From a virus (taxonomy: Duplodnaviria > Caudoviricetes): a DNA stretch of 50,539 nt. Made by a program: the position numbers and the translations under genes. Positions 32,919-43,337 of the stretch are shown piece by piece; position 1 is the first letter of the stretch; each line of letters starts with the position of its first letter. The stretch is from IMG/VR virus record IMGVR_UViG_3300010400_000011, positions 1-50,539 of that record. One strand, written 5' to 3'. The notes beneath the pieces are model-generated. The model made no database searches. It was not told where the DNA came from and saw only the letters and a list, made by a program, of their open reading frames with translations.

Positions 32919-35077
32919 TGATGTCCACCGTTCAGTTTAGACAATCCGATTGCTCTCATGATTTGATGTGGAAGACCATGGACATTCTGAAGAACCTCTG
33001 GGCCTGCTGCATCTGCAATAGATCTTAGCACAAAGGCAGTGGGATCTTCTCCTGTGACCTTAGCGATCTCTTTGTAATTAGTCAGACTGCCGTTCAACCT
33101 TGCAACACTAGCCTGTGCCCAACGCGCTCCCGGAGTGGGTTCGTTGATGCTGCCTGGACCTGCACTGAAGTCAGCTGTGAACCGTTGATTCTTTCCATCC
33201 CAACCAATAGAGATACCACTATTATCTAAATTCTTTCCAAGATCATGAATTTCCTTAGACATCAATTCGTTAGCAAGAGTTTCCTTAGCCCACTTAGTAT
33301 AGTTGTTCCATACTTCAGGATTCTTTTTACCGAGGTCATATATAGCTTTGGTCATCTCTGGAGAAGTAAATCTCTGGAAGACAGCGGTCTGACCTGAGAC
33401 AGGCTTACCTTTAGCGTCCACGCCATCAGCTTGAAGACGAGAGATCATGCCTCGGTTGCCATCGGAGAAAGCAGCCATTGCATAATTCATTCGAATAGCT
33501 TCGGGAATACTAGGATCGTAAATCTTCTTAACTTCGTTTAGAACAGCATTATTGAACTTGCCATCCGTGACTTTGTTAGCTTTAAGATTATCAATGGTGT
33601 CGTTGAAAGTATAAGGAACACCTGAAGTCTTCATGCTTGCTTGTCCAGCGAATTCTTTCTGGACTTTGCTGAAGTAATCTCGATAGTTGGCGTTGAAATC
33701 TCCTTTGATGGTATCAAGATTAAACTTCTGAAGGTTCTGCTCTCCTCCGATGTCTTTAACTGCTTGGACTTGCTGCCAATAAGGCCCAATCTTCTTATCG
33801 TTAAGAAGGCCTTTCTTAGTTTCATCGTTTTGCGCAGCAAGCTGTGTCTTAGTATCGTAGATACCGCCGAAGTCTTTGTTATATACACGATCAATAAGAT
33901 TATCGAGGGGTTTCAGAGATTCGTTGATCCTCTTTATGACTTCAGCTTTACCTCCAACAGCTTTGGTGTAGCCATGAGCATCCGCATCTGCAACCATCTT
34001 GTTGAACAATTGTAGACGTGTGCTTGCAGCAGCTTGACCGTACTGTGCCCATACTGGGCCTGGAATCTGCCCAGATGCATTAAGACTAGTAAGCTTATCG
34101 ATATCTGCTGAAGTATTTAAGCCCATCTTAGAAGTAAGTGTATCTACTGCTTGATTAACTACCATACTTGCAGCTCTATCGATGCCATCTCCTGCGATAC
34201 GCTGACGATCCTCACGAGTATTCTTCTCGTTGTTGAAGATCATGTTATTCATCTGAAGATCAGCTTTCATCTTCTGATATGGATAAGCTTTAGAGATTAC
34301 ATCGGCATCCGTTATAAGACCCTTGTCATAGTCGTTATAGACCTGAGGAGCATTAGGAATTGTATCCATGTTACTTCGAATGAAGTGAAGCATGTTGTTC
34401 TTCTGAGAAGCCTGACTTGACGCAGCCCTATTGATATCCATGGTAAGACTGTGAATGTACGCGTTAGCAGGAACACTTCCAGTTACCTTAGAGAAAGCTT
34501 GATCTATCTCTTCTCTGAACCCGGGATACTTAGCCCTAAGATCCTTAGCCGCAGCGAGAAGACGAGACTGATAATAAGTCCCTGAGATCTTTCCAGAGTC
34601 TCTAGCACCTGTAAGAGCACTTAGAGTATCTGGAAGAGCCGCAACTTCAGCCGGAGACTGAGTAGTATCCATAGATGCGTTAGCATCAAGAATACTCTTG
34701 ACTCCTGTTCCAGCTTTAATCTTCTCAAGAACATCTGTATACGCCTGACGTTCTCGATCAGCTATTTCGTAGACCTTGTTCTCAATGTCCTTCTTAACTA
34801 CCTGAACACCCGCTTTACCAAGGAAGTCCACTGTATTTGCAACATCCTTGAAGATATCTCCGATAGCTGTATCACTAATAGCTTGGCCTTTAATACCAGC
34901 AGCTTCAGCCTCTCCAGCATATTTAGCAGACTCATCGCCCTGCATGACACCGTGAGGCATGATCTGATTCTGTGCAACACCCTGAGGCTTAATGCCTTGA
35001 TCGATGTCAACAGGTCTAGACTTACTTCCGTAGTCTTGTGGGTTAAGAGGATTAATTTGTGGATTAAAAGGTGCCAT
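32915..35077 (-). CDS. Internal virion protein (720 aa)
   Basis: Large helical protein in the ejected-protein block; inferred from position. Confidence 0.65.
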   Translation of the reverse strand: MAPFNPQINPLNPQDYGSKSRPVDIDQGIKPQGVAQNQIMPHGVMQGDESAKYAGEAEAAGIKGQAISDTAIGDIFKDVANTVDFLGKAGVQVVKKDIENKVYEIADRERQAYTDVLEKIKAGTGVKSILDANASMDTTQSPAEVAALPDTLSALTGARDSGKISGTYYQSRLLAAAKDLRAKYPGFREEIDQAFSKVTGSVPANAYIHSLTMDINRAASSQASQKNNMLHFIRSNMDTIPNAPQVYNDYDKGLITDADVISKAYPYQKMKADLQMNNMIFNNEKNTREDRQRIAGDGIDRAASMVVNQAVDTLTSKMGLNTSADIDKLTSLNASGQIPGPVWAQYGQAAASTRLQLFNKMVADADAHGYTKAVGGKAEVIKRINESLKPLDNLIDRVYNKDFGGIYDTKTQLAAQNDETKKGLLNDKKIGPYWQQVQAVKDIGGEQNLQKFNLDTIKGDFNANYRDYFSKVQKEFAGQASMKTSGVPYTFNDTIDNLKANKVTDGKFNNAVLNEVKKIYDPSIPEAIRMNYAMAAFSDGNRGMISRLQADGVDAKGKPVSGQTAVFQRFTSPEMTKAIYDLGKKNPEVWNNYTKWAKETLANELMSKEIHDLGKNLDNSGISIGWDGKNQRFTADFSAGPGSINEPTPGARWAQASVARLNGSLTNYKEIAKVTGEDPTAFVLRSIADAAGPEVLQNVHGLPHQIMRAIGLSKLNGGHQ

Positions 35078-38000
35078 TATTGACTTTTCTTTTCTTGTAT
35101 TTTCTGCGTCTTACGCATTGCTTCGTAACGTGCCCTAGTTTGAGTATCAGGTGTCTTGCGGATATAGAAGTCCCAATCCGTTTTATCCATGACGCTTTGA
35201 TTATCTGATATAGCTTTACTCAGCACACTGTTGATTCTGTCTTCTCGATAGCCGCCTAATTCAAGCATCCATTGAGCACGGCTGAAGAACTTCTTAGCCA
35301 TTTCAGGATTATCTTTCTGAGCTAAGACACCTCGACGAAACTCTTGTCGGAATTGGTCCTCCACACCCTTCTCGTACTCAGCCTGTATCTTAATAGACTT
35401 AGTCTTGAAGTTGATGTCGTCTATAGCTGTGTCATGAACACCGAAGGCAGCTGCAAAAGCAGCTTGAGCTGGACTTGTATCTGCAAGATAAGCATCCTTC
35501 TTAGACACCCACCTACCGAAGTTGGTAGCAGCGTAAACTCTCCAAGCAGCGTTCACCATGGTAATCTCTTTCAGAGCATCTACTCCATCTTCGACAACCA
35601 TCGGAAATACATCGCCTTCACGTTTAGCAATAGCTAGCATTGCATAACGCATACCATCGGTAGCTGCATAGAAATCCTTGGCTATTGCATAGCCGGGACC
35701 GCCCATAACATCTAGCCAACCTTTATCCATCTGCTGTGCACTTCCAAGGAATTCAAGTCCTTTCGTACCAAAGCGTTGTCCAACGTTATACCAAGTACCT
35801 GCTTGAGGATCTCCCTTGCCTGTGATGACCGCACCAATAGCAGAGGGAATACCTTCCATGACTGCGCTAGTCAGGAAATCGTCTCCAATGACATAACCGT
35901 TCTCTAAAGCTTTACGTCTGATGTAATCTGAAAGAGGAAGTCCTGTAAGGCCTGTCGCCATCGGCAGTCCATAAAGGACAGCATTAGTTGTAAACAATTT
36001 AGCCTTAGCTGCTGGGCTTAATCGGTTACCAAGCATCAACTCCATAAGCCGTATCTGGTACGTATAGAATTGAGTAGGGACAGACCAGATCCCTTTGTGT
36101 AATGCACTGGAACTAGCTCTGGACATGTTGACATTAAGAAGATCAGCTCTCTGAAGTATCTTAGCACGGTCTTCGTTTGTAATTCGTCCGACAGGATTAG
36201 CGTCTCTGAATTCCTTAAACGCTGTGTACCATGCGCCATATCTTGCATTTCGTTCTCCACCTTTGAAAGGAACTGTGCCCCATTCTAGGAACTTTCCAAA
36301 GCCTGTATCTATAACCTTAGTCGACATTGGATTATCTAGAGAAGCAAACTCTCCTCCGACATTACCAAAACCTGTCCTATTCATCTCAGTCATAGCTTCT
36401 TTGAACTCACCGGGTCTCCATGAGGAAGAACCGGGCATATGAAACTTAGAAGCTAGCATATCTAGATGTTCAAGAATTGCTGGGTGACTATTAACAGTAG
36501 ACCAGAAATGAAGCTGAGCAGCTAGAGTTCCCGGTGAAGCATACTTATAACCAGCTATACCGTAGATGTTGGCATAGTTGCCAGCTTGTACGATAAACTG
36601 TGGGATATTGAAGAATCCAAGCTTGACATTAAAAGCGATACTTCGGATGAAGCCGAAAGGGTCTTTCAGCTTAGGTAATAGCCAAGTCGGTGTCAGTACC
36701 AAACCTTTAGGGCCGAAAGTATTAAAAGCCGAGTCCGCCATTTTCTGAGCAATGCTATGCAACCACGCATCGCCAAGACTTGGTTGACCAGTCAGCTGTT
36801 GAGTGTGATACTTAGATGCTTCAAGCCTAAGACGTACGTCTGGAGGTGTAGTGTTTAAGAACTTACCTTCGTTGAATTGATAGAAAGGGGAGTGATAGAT
36901 TTCATTTATAGTTTTGACGTCAAGCCAATTCTTCGCTTGCTGAAGCCAGTGCTCCACAGCCATGGTTTTATAATCATCCATGAAGTTACTGCGAGCAATA
37001 TTAGCTAAGCCACGGTTCATCGTAGTGATAGGATCGACTTTATCAGCAGGAGCAACGTTATAGAGAGGGTTAGCTTTACTACCCTTTACGTTAACACCAA
37101 GCATTTCATGCGCATCTCTCTCCATCGTATATTCGACTTGATACTGCGCAGCAAGACTGCCCTCTCGAGTGCCATCTCTAAAATCTGCATACTTAAACCT
37201 TAGGTTGTTATCTAAATCGATAACTCTCTTATTATTAGGAACGACATGGATGTCTTCGTTAAGGCTCAACCTTCCCGGCTGGAACTTACCGTTTTCATCT
37301 TTACCTCCCATAAACCAAGATCGAGTTTCTTTCCAATCTGTATGTAAGTTCTTGTTAGAATATGAACGTGCAGCTTCTTCGTCTTTGGCTTTCAAAAGCC
37401 TTCGGACTTCATTGAGATGTTCTGCAACTCTTCGACCTATCGTATGACTAGGTGCAGCCATGACTGTGACGTCGCCATCATACCAATGAACGCCTGATGC
37501 AGCATCTGCGTTTATGCTTGCTTGCTTAAGATAGAAATCGTAATCATACTGAACGTGACCTCCGCCTCGTCTTGGGACGTGGTTCCAGTCAAGGGCTCTG
37601 GTTTCGACTTGAGGTACCAGTACATACCGTACACGCTCGTCAGTAAGATTGCTAAAACCAGACAGAGGGCGCAACTTGGGATCGTAGAGTTCAATGAGCT
37701 TAGCTCGTCCACTGTCTATATCTTTCTGCCATTCTCTTTTCTTTTCTAGAGATTGCTTAGACAAACCTAAGACCTTCTCTTCTCCAGTCTTATTAGTAAA
37801 CACTGCGATATTGTCAGCAGATCCCGGTATCTTCTGACGGACAACTCCGTTGAAGTCAGGAGACTTATGTGCCTTGCCAGCTGCATCATTAAGAATGATG
37901 TTATGTGTTTCAGCGCCTACACGCGATTGATTTCGATGTTCAGCGATGTTTCGGAAGACACGATCAATCTCCATCCCACGCTTGAATTCGAAGTAAGCTC

Positions 38001-40290
38001 CGATCTCTCTTTCATCTGGTAGCCGGTGAAACCACTGCTGCCAATAGCCTTCCATCTCCGCAGGATCTTTAAAGAAATAGCCAGTACGTTTTGGATCGAG
38101 AGGATCAGGAAGTTCCTGTGCGTTCTCTAATCCACGCTGCCACTCAACCCAACGCTTACGCCCTCTGGAGAATCTTCCAGCTTGGAGAGCATTAATGTCT
38201 TTGCTGTTCTCCATCATTATCTTGAAATAAGAAGATGGAGCGTACGTCGTAGTTAAACGATTCTGACGTTCAGCCAGAGATAAGACGTCCTCAGGAGTTC
38301 TGAGTTTGCCAATCCTAGCTCCAATAGATTTACCAATCCAGTTATTTAAGAAAAACGCTACAGGACTTTCAGGGATTTTTGTGTTACCTGTCTGTGCAAG
38401 TGCATCTCGAATAGCTGGACGAGTTTCATCGACAGGCTTGGTAATCTTGACATAGTAGCCAAGACCCTGCTGTTCGACAGTAGCTGTTTGTAATTTATTC
38501 GCTTGTTGTGCAAGAGCTTCGCCACGCTCAGCTTCAGCTTTGATTAAGAAATTTTGAATGCCTTCATGCTGTTCAATAGCTTTCTGTCTGGCAACTTCTG
38601 TAGCATTGGAATCAGCAAGCGTAACTTGGTGTTTTTCCATTGCACTCTGCATCTCAGCAATTCTCTTATCCAGAGTTTTAATTTGCTGAGCAGACTTAGT
38701 AAGTGCGATGTCTCCTCCCTCAACAACCTCAGCTCCATTTAGTTTATGAAACTTAATGAAGTTCTCTGCAACATCTCTATTGGTGAAGTACGAGCCATCT
38801 GACAATCCTAGTTTGAAATCAATCAAATAAGTATTAGACAAAGGTTCTTTGTATATCTTGCTGTTGTCTATAATGCTATTAGATAGACCTGTATACTTAC
38901 CTTTCATATCCTCTACAATGAGACGGACTGCAGTTTCATTAGCTAAAACATCAGGAAGACGTTCATTCTTTTGAATATTAAGCGCAGTTTCAATCAGATT
39001 AGAGAAGATTTGATTGCCTCTCTCTGTGATACGATTGACAATGTCTTGGCCAAACCTGCCAGGATTAGCGGCAACATCAGCTAGATCTGCTCTATGCGTT
39101 TCCGATAGTGCTTCGATACCTCGCTTAGTAGCTTCAGGAACATCATTGATATCTGCGACTGCGTTCGTAGTAGCGCGAGTTACAGCTGACTCTTGAAGAT
39201 CCCCTGCTGCTGCTTCAATAGTAGATTTGCTAGCATTAGGCATAGCAGCAGCCTTGCTGACATCTTCGACAGCTTTCTTGGCATCGCTAAGTTTAGAAAG
39301 AGCTTCGGAACTCTTAAAAGTCCTTGCTATAGCCTTGCCCGCTACTTTACCAATCTTGGTGCCTATCCCTGTGCCGATAAACTCAGTAGGAAGTGTCCAG
39401 TTACTTATAAAAACATCATCAGAACTCTGACCTTTCATGGCTTTAAGCCATTCCATCTGAAGCTGCGGATTAGCAGACAGACTGTCTACAATCGCTTTCA
39501 TCTTCGCAGCCATCTCATCAATAGGCAGACGAAGGAGTTCTTTACGCTGTAATTCTAAATTCTCACCACGACCAATCCCAGAGAACTGTCCGACACTATC
39601 TGTAAGACCTCTGAGCTGGTAGTCTGTGTAACCTGGGATCATCTGCTTAGCTACGTCATAACCATAGCCGATGTATCCTTGATGCTTCAGTGTATCCTGA
39701 GTATCTTCGATAAGAGTATCAATGACTTGCATCTTAGAAATAAGCTGCTCATGATCGTTAGTCATCTTAGCGATAACTTCAGGGTTATCTTTCTTTACGT
39801 CTGAATAGACGTTATCAGAATTACCTTGTGCTACTCTATCAAGAGTAGCCATAAACTGTTTGCCATATGCAGTCTCTAGGACGGTATTAGGATCAGTGGA
39901 CTCATTCATACTTTGAATGATGTCAACTAAACCTTGCTTTTCTTCGGGAGACAGCGGACCTTGTTTATTAGCTGTAGTATCAACTATAAGCTTTTCTGCA
40001 GCTTGTCTTTTCCTATCATCGATAGTCGATGCGGCTTGAGCGCGCAGCTCATCCTCTCTTCCGTCTTGAAGATTCTGGAAGATTTCATCTTTACTTTTCT
40101 GAAGAAGGTCACCAAGTCCATACTTAAATTTTTGAGAACGGACTTCCATGGTCTCTGGAGACGACTGAGGAGAACCCTCTTCTAACGTCAGAGGTTCTTC
40201 CCCCTGCGCTGAAGTTCCTAGAGGCAATTGCTCTTGAGCTTGCGGCTGAGCTGGAAGATATTGCTGCGGTATATTAGGAACGTACGCCAT
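35077..40290 (-). CDS. Large internal virion protein (1737 aa)
   Basis: Size and position; PTQFYTYQIR-type C-terminal motif seen in podoviral ejection proteins. Confidence 0.7.
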   Translation of the reverse strand: MAYVPNIPQQYLPAQPQAQEQLPLGTSAQGEEPLTLEEGSPQSSPETMEVRSQKFKYGLGDLLQKSKDEIFQNLQDGREDELRAQAASTIDDRKRQAAEKLIVDTTANKQGPLSPEEKQGLVDIIQSMNESTDPNTVLETAYGKQFMATLDRVAQGNSDNVYSDVKKDNPEVIAKMTNDHEQLISKMQVIDTLIEDTQDTLKHQGYIGYGYDVAKQMIPGYTDYQLRGLTDSVGQFSGIGRGENLELQRKELLRLPIDEMAAKMKAIVDSLSANPQLQMEWLKAMKGQSSDDVFISNWTLPTEFIGTGIGTKIGKVAGKAIARTFKSSEALSKLSDAKKAVEDVSKAAAMPNASKSTIEAAAGDLQESAVTRATTNAVADINDVPEATKRGIEALSETHRADLADVAANPGRFGQDIVNRITERGNQIFSNLIETALNIQKNERLPDVLANETAVRLIVEDMKGKYTGLSNSIIDNSKIYKEPLSNTYLIDFKLGLSDGSYFTNRDVAENFIKFHKLNGAEVVEGGDIALTKSAQQIKTLDKRIAEMQSAMEKHQVTLADSNATEVARQKAIEQHEGIQNFLIKAEAERGEALAQQANKLQTATVEQQGLGYYVKITKPVDETRPAIRDALAQTGNTKIPESPVAFFLNNWIGKSIGARIGKLRTPEDVLSLAERQNRLTTTYAPSSYFKIMMENSKDINALQAGRFSRGRKRWVEWQRGLENAQELPDPLDPKRTGYFFKDPAEMEGYWQQWFHRLPDEREIGAYFEFKRGMEIDRVFRNIAEHRNQSRVGAETHNIILNDAAGKAHKSPDFNGVVRQKIPGSADNIAVFTNKTGEEKVLGLSKQSLEKKREWQKDIDSGRAKLIELYDPKLRPLSGFSNLTDERVRYVLVPQVETRALDWNHVPRRGGGHVQYDYDFYLKQASINADAASGVHWYDGDVTVMAAPSHTIGRRVAEHLNEVRRLLKAKDEEAARSYSNKNLHTDWKETRSWFMGGKDENGKFQPGRLSLNEDIHVVPNNKRVIDLDNNLRFKYADFRDGTREGSLAAQYQVEYTMERDAHEMLGVNVKGSKANPLYNVAPADKVDPITTMNRGLANIARSNFMDDYKTMAVEHWLQQAKNWLDVKTINEIYHSPFYQFNEGKFLNTTPPDVRLRLEASKYHTQQLTGQPSLGDAWLHSIAQKMADSAFNTFGPKGLVLTPTWLLPKLKDPFGFIRSIAFNVKLGFFNIPQFIVQAGNYANIYGIAGYKYASPGTLAAQLHFWSTVNSHPAILEHLDMLASKFHMPGSSSWRPGEFKEAMTEMNRTGFGNVGGEFASLDNPMSTKVIDTGFGKFLEWGTVPFKGGERNARYGAWYTAFKEFRDANPVGRITNEDRAKILQRADLLNVNMSRASSSALHKGIWSVPTQFYTYQIRLMELMLGNRLSPAAKAKLFTTNAVLYGLPMATGLTGLPLSDYIRRKALENGYVIGDDFLTSAVMEGIPSAIGAVITGKGDPQAGTWYNVGQRFGTKGLEFLGSAQQMDKGWLDVMGGPGYAIAKDFYAATDGMRYAMLAIAKREGDVFPMVVEDGVDALKEITMVNAAWRVYAATNFGRWVSKKDAYLADTSPAQAAFAAAFGVHDTAIDDINFKTKSIKIQAEYEKGVEDQFRQEFRRGVLAQKDNPEMAKKFFSRAQWMLELGGYREDRINSVLSKAISDNQSVMDKTDWDFYIRKTPDTQTRARYEAMRKTQKIQEKKSQ

Positions 40291-41198
40291 TACTTACCGT
40301 ACCCACTTGGGCTTCCGCCACCAAAGAGGAAATTGAAATTAGGCAAAGAGTACCCACCCATGAGTTGATTGATGTTCATACCTGCACTGAATATACTGGG
40401 ACCTGCTGCCATGAACTGAGCTCCCATCTGAGAGGTCATAGCTCCTGCTTGAACCTTACCTCCCCCCATAGAGACCTGTCCTTGACCTTGAGCCATTAGT
40501 GTTTGGGTATCTGCTAGTTGCGTCTGATAGTCAGCGTTAGTCTGTGCGTAACTATAAGCCATGTTACTCTTAGCTGTTTGTATATCAGCCTGCTGGATAG
40601 CATACTGCGTCTGCAGATCATTCATGCTGACATTGCTTTGAGTAATCTTAGCGTTAGCTGCATAGATGTTCTCACCTGTCAAAAGAGCTTGCTGGTTAGC
40701 GAGAAGATTGCTTCCGATTTGCCCGCTAATGCTTCCTGCAGCACCGCCTCTTGCACTCGATCCTGCAACATATCCTGAACCTCCTTGCGATACCCCTGTA
40801 GCGAGCGAGATAGATCTAGCTCGTTGCTCATTTCGGATCTGTTCAAGGTTTGCTCGTCTAGCATCTGTCTCCATCTGTTGTTTTTGATATCCTTGAATAT
40901 TAGTCTGTTGACCAAAGATATCTTTATTTATAGCCTGACTTTTAAGAGCAGCAGCTTTAGACTGGTCTGAAGCCTGAATATTAATATCCCGCTCTTGTCC
41001 AGCGTAGACAACACTGCTAACAGCTTGAGCTTTAGAAATAGCAGCCTGCTGTTTAGCAGCTTCCATTTGTATAGCGTAGCCTGCTTGCTGTTGAGCCATG
41101 CCTGCTTCTTGCTGTTTCTTCCCTTCCATGCTTTCGTAAGCACCGAAGGCCATAGAGCCAACACCAGCCGCAATAGCAAGGCTTGTTAACGCAGCCAT
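40290..41198 (-). CDS. Internal virion protein (gp14-like)
   Basis: A/Q/G/S-rich with hydrophobic N-terminus; follows GNAT. Confidence 0.65.
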   Translation of the reverse strand: MAALTSLAIAAGVGSMAFGAYESMEGKKQQEAGMAQQQAGYAIQMEAAKQQAAISKAQAVSSVVYAGQERDINIQASDQSKAAALKSQAINKDIFGQQTNIQGYQKQQMETDARRANLEQIRNEQRARSISLATGVSQGGSGYVAGSSARGGAAGSISGQIGSNLLANQQALLTGENIYAANAKITQSNVSMNDLQTQYAIQQADIQTAKSNMAYSYAQTNADYQTQLADTQTLMAQGQGQVSMGGGKVQAGAMTSQMGAQFMAAGPSIFSAGMNINQLMGGYSLPNFNFLFGGGSPSGYGK

Positions 41199-41620
41199 TA
41201 AATCACCTTCATATAAGCTCTTTCATAAAGCTTATATCCATTCTTCTTATAGTATTTCTCGACCTCTTTATCTAAAGACGACATAGAAATTAATTTACAA
41301 TTGGCTATGTTCTTAGCCCAATATTCGAATGCACTAAGAAGATTCAGACCCTCGCCGTTTCCTCTGTGATCTGGTTCAACCCACCAAGCAACTTCACTAG
41401 CCAACATATGTGGTCCAAAAAGAAAGGGCATAGCCGCCCCAACGATGAACCCAGCTTCGCTAAATATAATTATTCTTTCATTCTGTGGGCTATTTAAAAT
41501 GTCTGCAATCAATACAGCAATGGTATCCTCATTTCCAAGATCCTTGTAAGGACTGGAGTTAAGGAAATTCATTGCCATTTTATGGATAACATCGAAGTCT
41601 TCGTGAGTAGCTACTTTCAA
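41198..41620 (-). CDS. GNAT acetyltransferase
   Basis: WWVEPDHRGNGEGLNLL acetyl-CoA motif and YYKKNGY. Confidence 0.85.
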   Translation of the reverse strand: MKVATHEDFDVIHKMAMNFLNSSPYKDLGNEDTIAVLIADILNSPQNERIIIFSEAGFIVGAAMPFLFGPHMLASEVAWWVEPDHRGNGEGLNLLSAFEYWAKNIANCKLISMSSLDKEVEKYYKKNGYKLYERAYMKVI

Positions 41621-41925
41621 TCTCCGACCTCCGAAACCTCGACGTTACGTCTTGCATAATAACTTCGAACATAATCTATCAAAACTTGAAGGTCAGTGAA
41701 CCTGCCCTCTAATCCACCTGGAACTGCTCCTTTGTCATACTTGAGACCCCACAATCCATGGACGTTGTCGTACACAGCACGCAGGCGGTTTTCACCGTTA
41801 AACAGTCTTTTGTCAACAGCTCCGCTGCTATTGAGAGTAGGCTTACCCTCCATAGGCTTTAGCGTAATCGCTCTATCAAGAGAGTGCATCTTTTCTTTTT
41901 CTCGGTCTTCAATATTGTAGTTCAA
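41617..41925 (-). CDS. Hypothetical protein (102 aa)
   Basis: Coupled ORF in the late operon. Confidence 0.65.
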   Translation of the reverse strand: MNYNIEDREKEKMHSLDRAITLKPMEGKPTLNSSGAVDKRLFNGENRLRAVYDNVHGLWGLKYDKGAVPGGLEGRFTDLQVLIDYVRSYYARRNVEVSEVGD

Positions 41926-42320
41926 GATTTAATTATCCTTGTTGCGTTAACCGCGCCCTCGTATACGAAATAGAATCCAATGGTAGCCATGATGACATTC
42001 CATAAATTAGGATCAAGAGGATCAGTATGCCCTCCAGTCCAATCTCCTAATGCTTTATCCCAGACGTACAGCTTTGCTAATAGAAAAGCAACGCTACCGC
42101 CAATACTAGCACGTATACAAGCATTAATACGGCTATGGCCTGCTTCGGCGACAAGAACATCACGTTTAGCCTGTAGACTTGCTATCTTCTCTTCTGCAGC
42201 TATCTTATCTGATGCATTCTGAGATTGAGCGAGTTTAATTCTTTCGTTTGTGATTGCGCTGGTGATCCCGTTCACTGTAGTAAACAATCCCGGGATTAAG
42301 CCAAATATTGCAGTAAGCAT
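41922..42320 (-). CDS. Holin-like membrane protein
   Basis: Hydrophobic segments and WNVIMATIGFYF; downstream of the lysin. Confidence 0.6.
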   Translation of the reverse strand: MLTAIFGLIPGLFTTVNGITSAITNERIKLAQSQNASDKIAAEEKIASLQAKRDVLVAEAGHSRINACIRASIGGSVAFLLAKLYVWDKALGDWTGGHTDPLDPNLWNVIMATIGFYFVYEGAVNATRIIKS

Positions 42321-42589
42321 TACACTGTCGGAAGAGTTGCGTTACGACGTCGGAGATATTCAGTTAGAATGCCATTGAAAACAAGCCCAGCTGCGATATA
42401 CAGACTTTGCTTGGCATCTTCTAACTTCATAGTTACAGTCGTCCAGTCAATACCACTGAAGACAGCGAGCATAAAACCAGACAAGACTTGAAAGCGTGAA
42501 TAAAAGATGACTTCAGAACGTCTGAAGAATGCTTTGGTGTTATCCCACCAACGAGCAATAGTATCTGAGAAATTAGTTAGAAGGGACAT
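42320..42589 (-). CDS. Two-TM holin-like protein
   Basis: Two hydrophobic helices and basic C-terminus EYLRRRN. Confidence 0.55.
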   Translation of the reverse strand: MSLLTNFSDTIARWWDNTKAFFRRSEVIFYSRFQVLSGFMLAVFSGIDWTTVTMKLEDAKQSLYIAAGLVFNGILTEYLRRRNATLPTV

Positions 42590-43337
42590 TAGATACTTTC
42601 AATTGATTCTTTTCATTGTTATAAAGAGCAAAACCGAAATCCAAAAAGATGCCGATACCAATGACACTAATTGCAAGAATAAGCCAATGATCAGCCATCC
42701 AAGAGAAATGGTTCTGAGAAGCTATGGCAGCAGCAGTAGCGCCTGTTCCAATAGTAGCAGCTGCAGCAACAGTACCAACACCAGTTGGAGCTGTCTTAAA
42801 CACTCCCATAAATTTTAGAAGACCTGCACAACCGAGTTGCTGGTCTACTGCATCCGGGTCAAACACACTGTCGGCAATATATTTACCCTTGACGTATTGA
42901 TCTGTGCCAGCCCAAATATAAGGCGACGGTAAATTTTTATTAGCATACCCAAGACCATTATATTGCTCAAGCATAGCAAGAGCTCCACCGATAGACCAAT
43001 CTTTGTTTCTAGCGGCAAATGGAGCACAGTTTGTAAGAGCATCTACAGCACCTTCTTCCCAAGTCTGAAAGGGACCACGTCCTTTAGGTTTATGCGTCGA
43101 CTTCTTATTCAGAGGATCGCCTTGCCCAAGTTGGGTGTTCCAGTTCTGACTGGCTTCACGCTCATGGACCACAGCGATAAACCACCAAGGAACTCCAGTG
43201 AGGTTCTCGACGGTTTTATATCTATTAAAGGCTGTAGTTTGTGTAAGTCTATCTGCTATTAATTTAAAAGCAGGACCTTTATCTGCAGAAATGTGGCAAG
43301 CATCCCACCTATTTTTATTTGCCGTCTTTAAGTCCAT
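42573..43337 (-). CDS. Lysozyme-family endolysin with C-terminal TM segment
   Basis: GVPWWFIAVVHEREAS, GQGDPL, LEQYNGLGY, SPYIWAGTDQY and DQQLGCA motifs; TAATG-coupled start at 43337. Confidence 0.8.
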   Translation of the reverse strand: MDLKTANKNRWDACHISADKGPAFKLIADRLTQTTAFNRYKTVENLTGVPWWFIAVVHEREASQNWNTQLGQGDPLNKKSTHKPKGRGPFQTWEEGAVDALTNCAPFAARNKDWSIGGALAMLEQYNGLGYANKNLPSPYIWAGTDQYVKGKYIADSVFDPDAVDQQLGCAGLLKFMGVFKTAPTGVGTVAAAATIGTGATAAAIASQNHFSWMADHWLILAISVIGIGIFLDFGFALYNNEKNQLKVSNVPSN

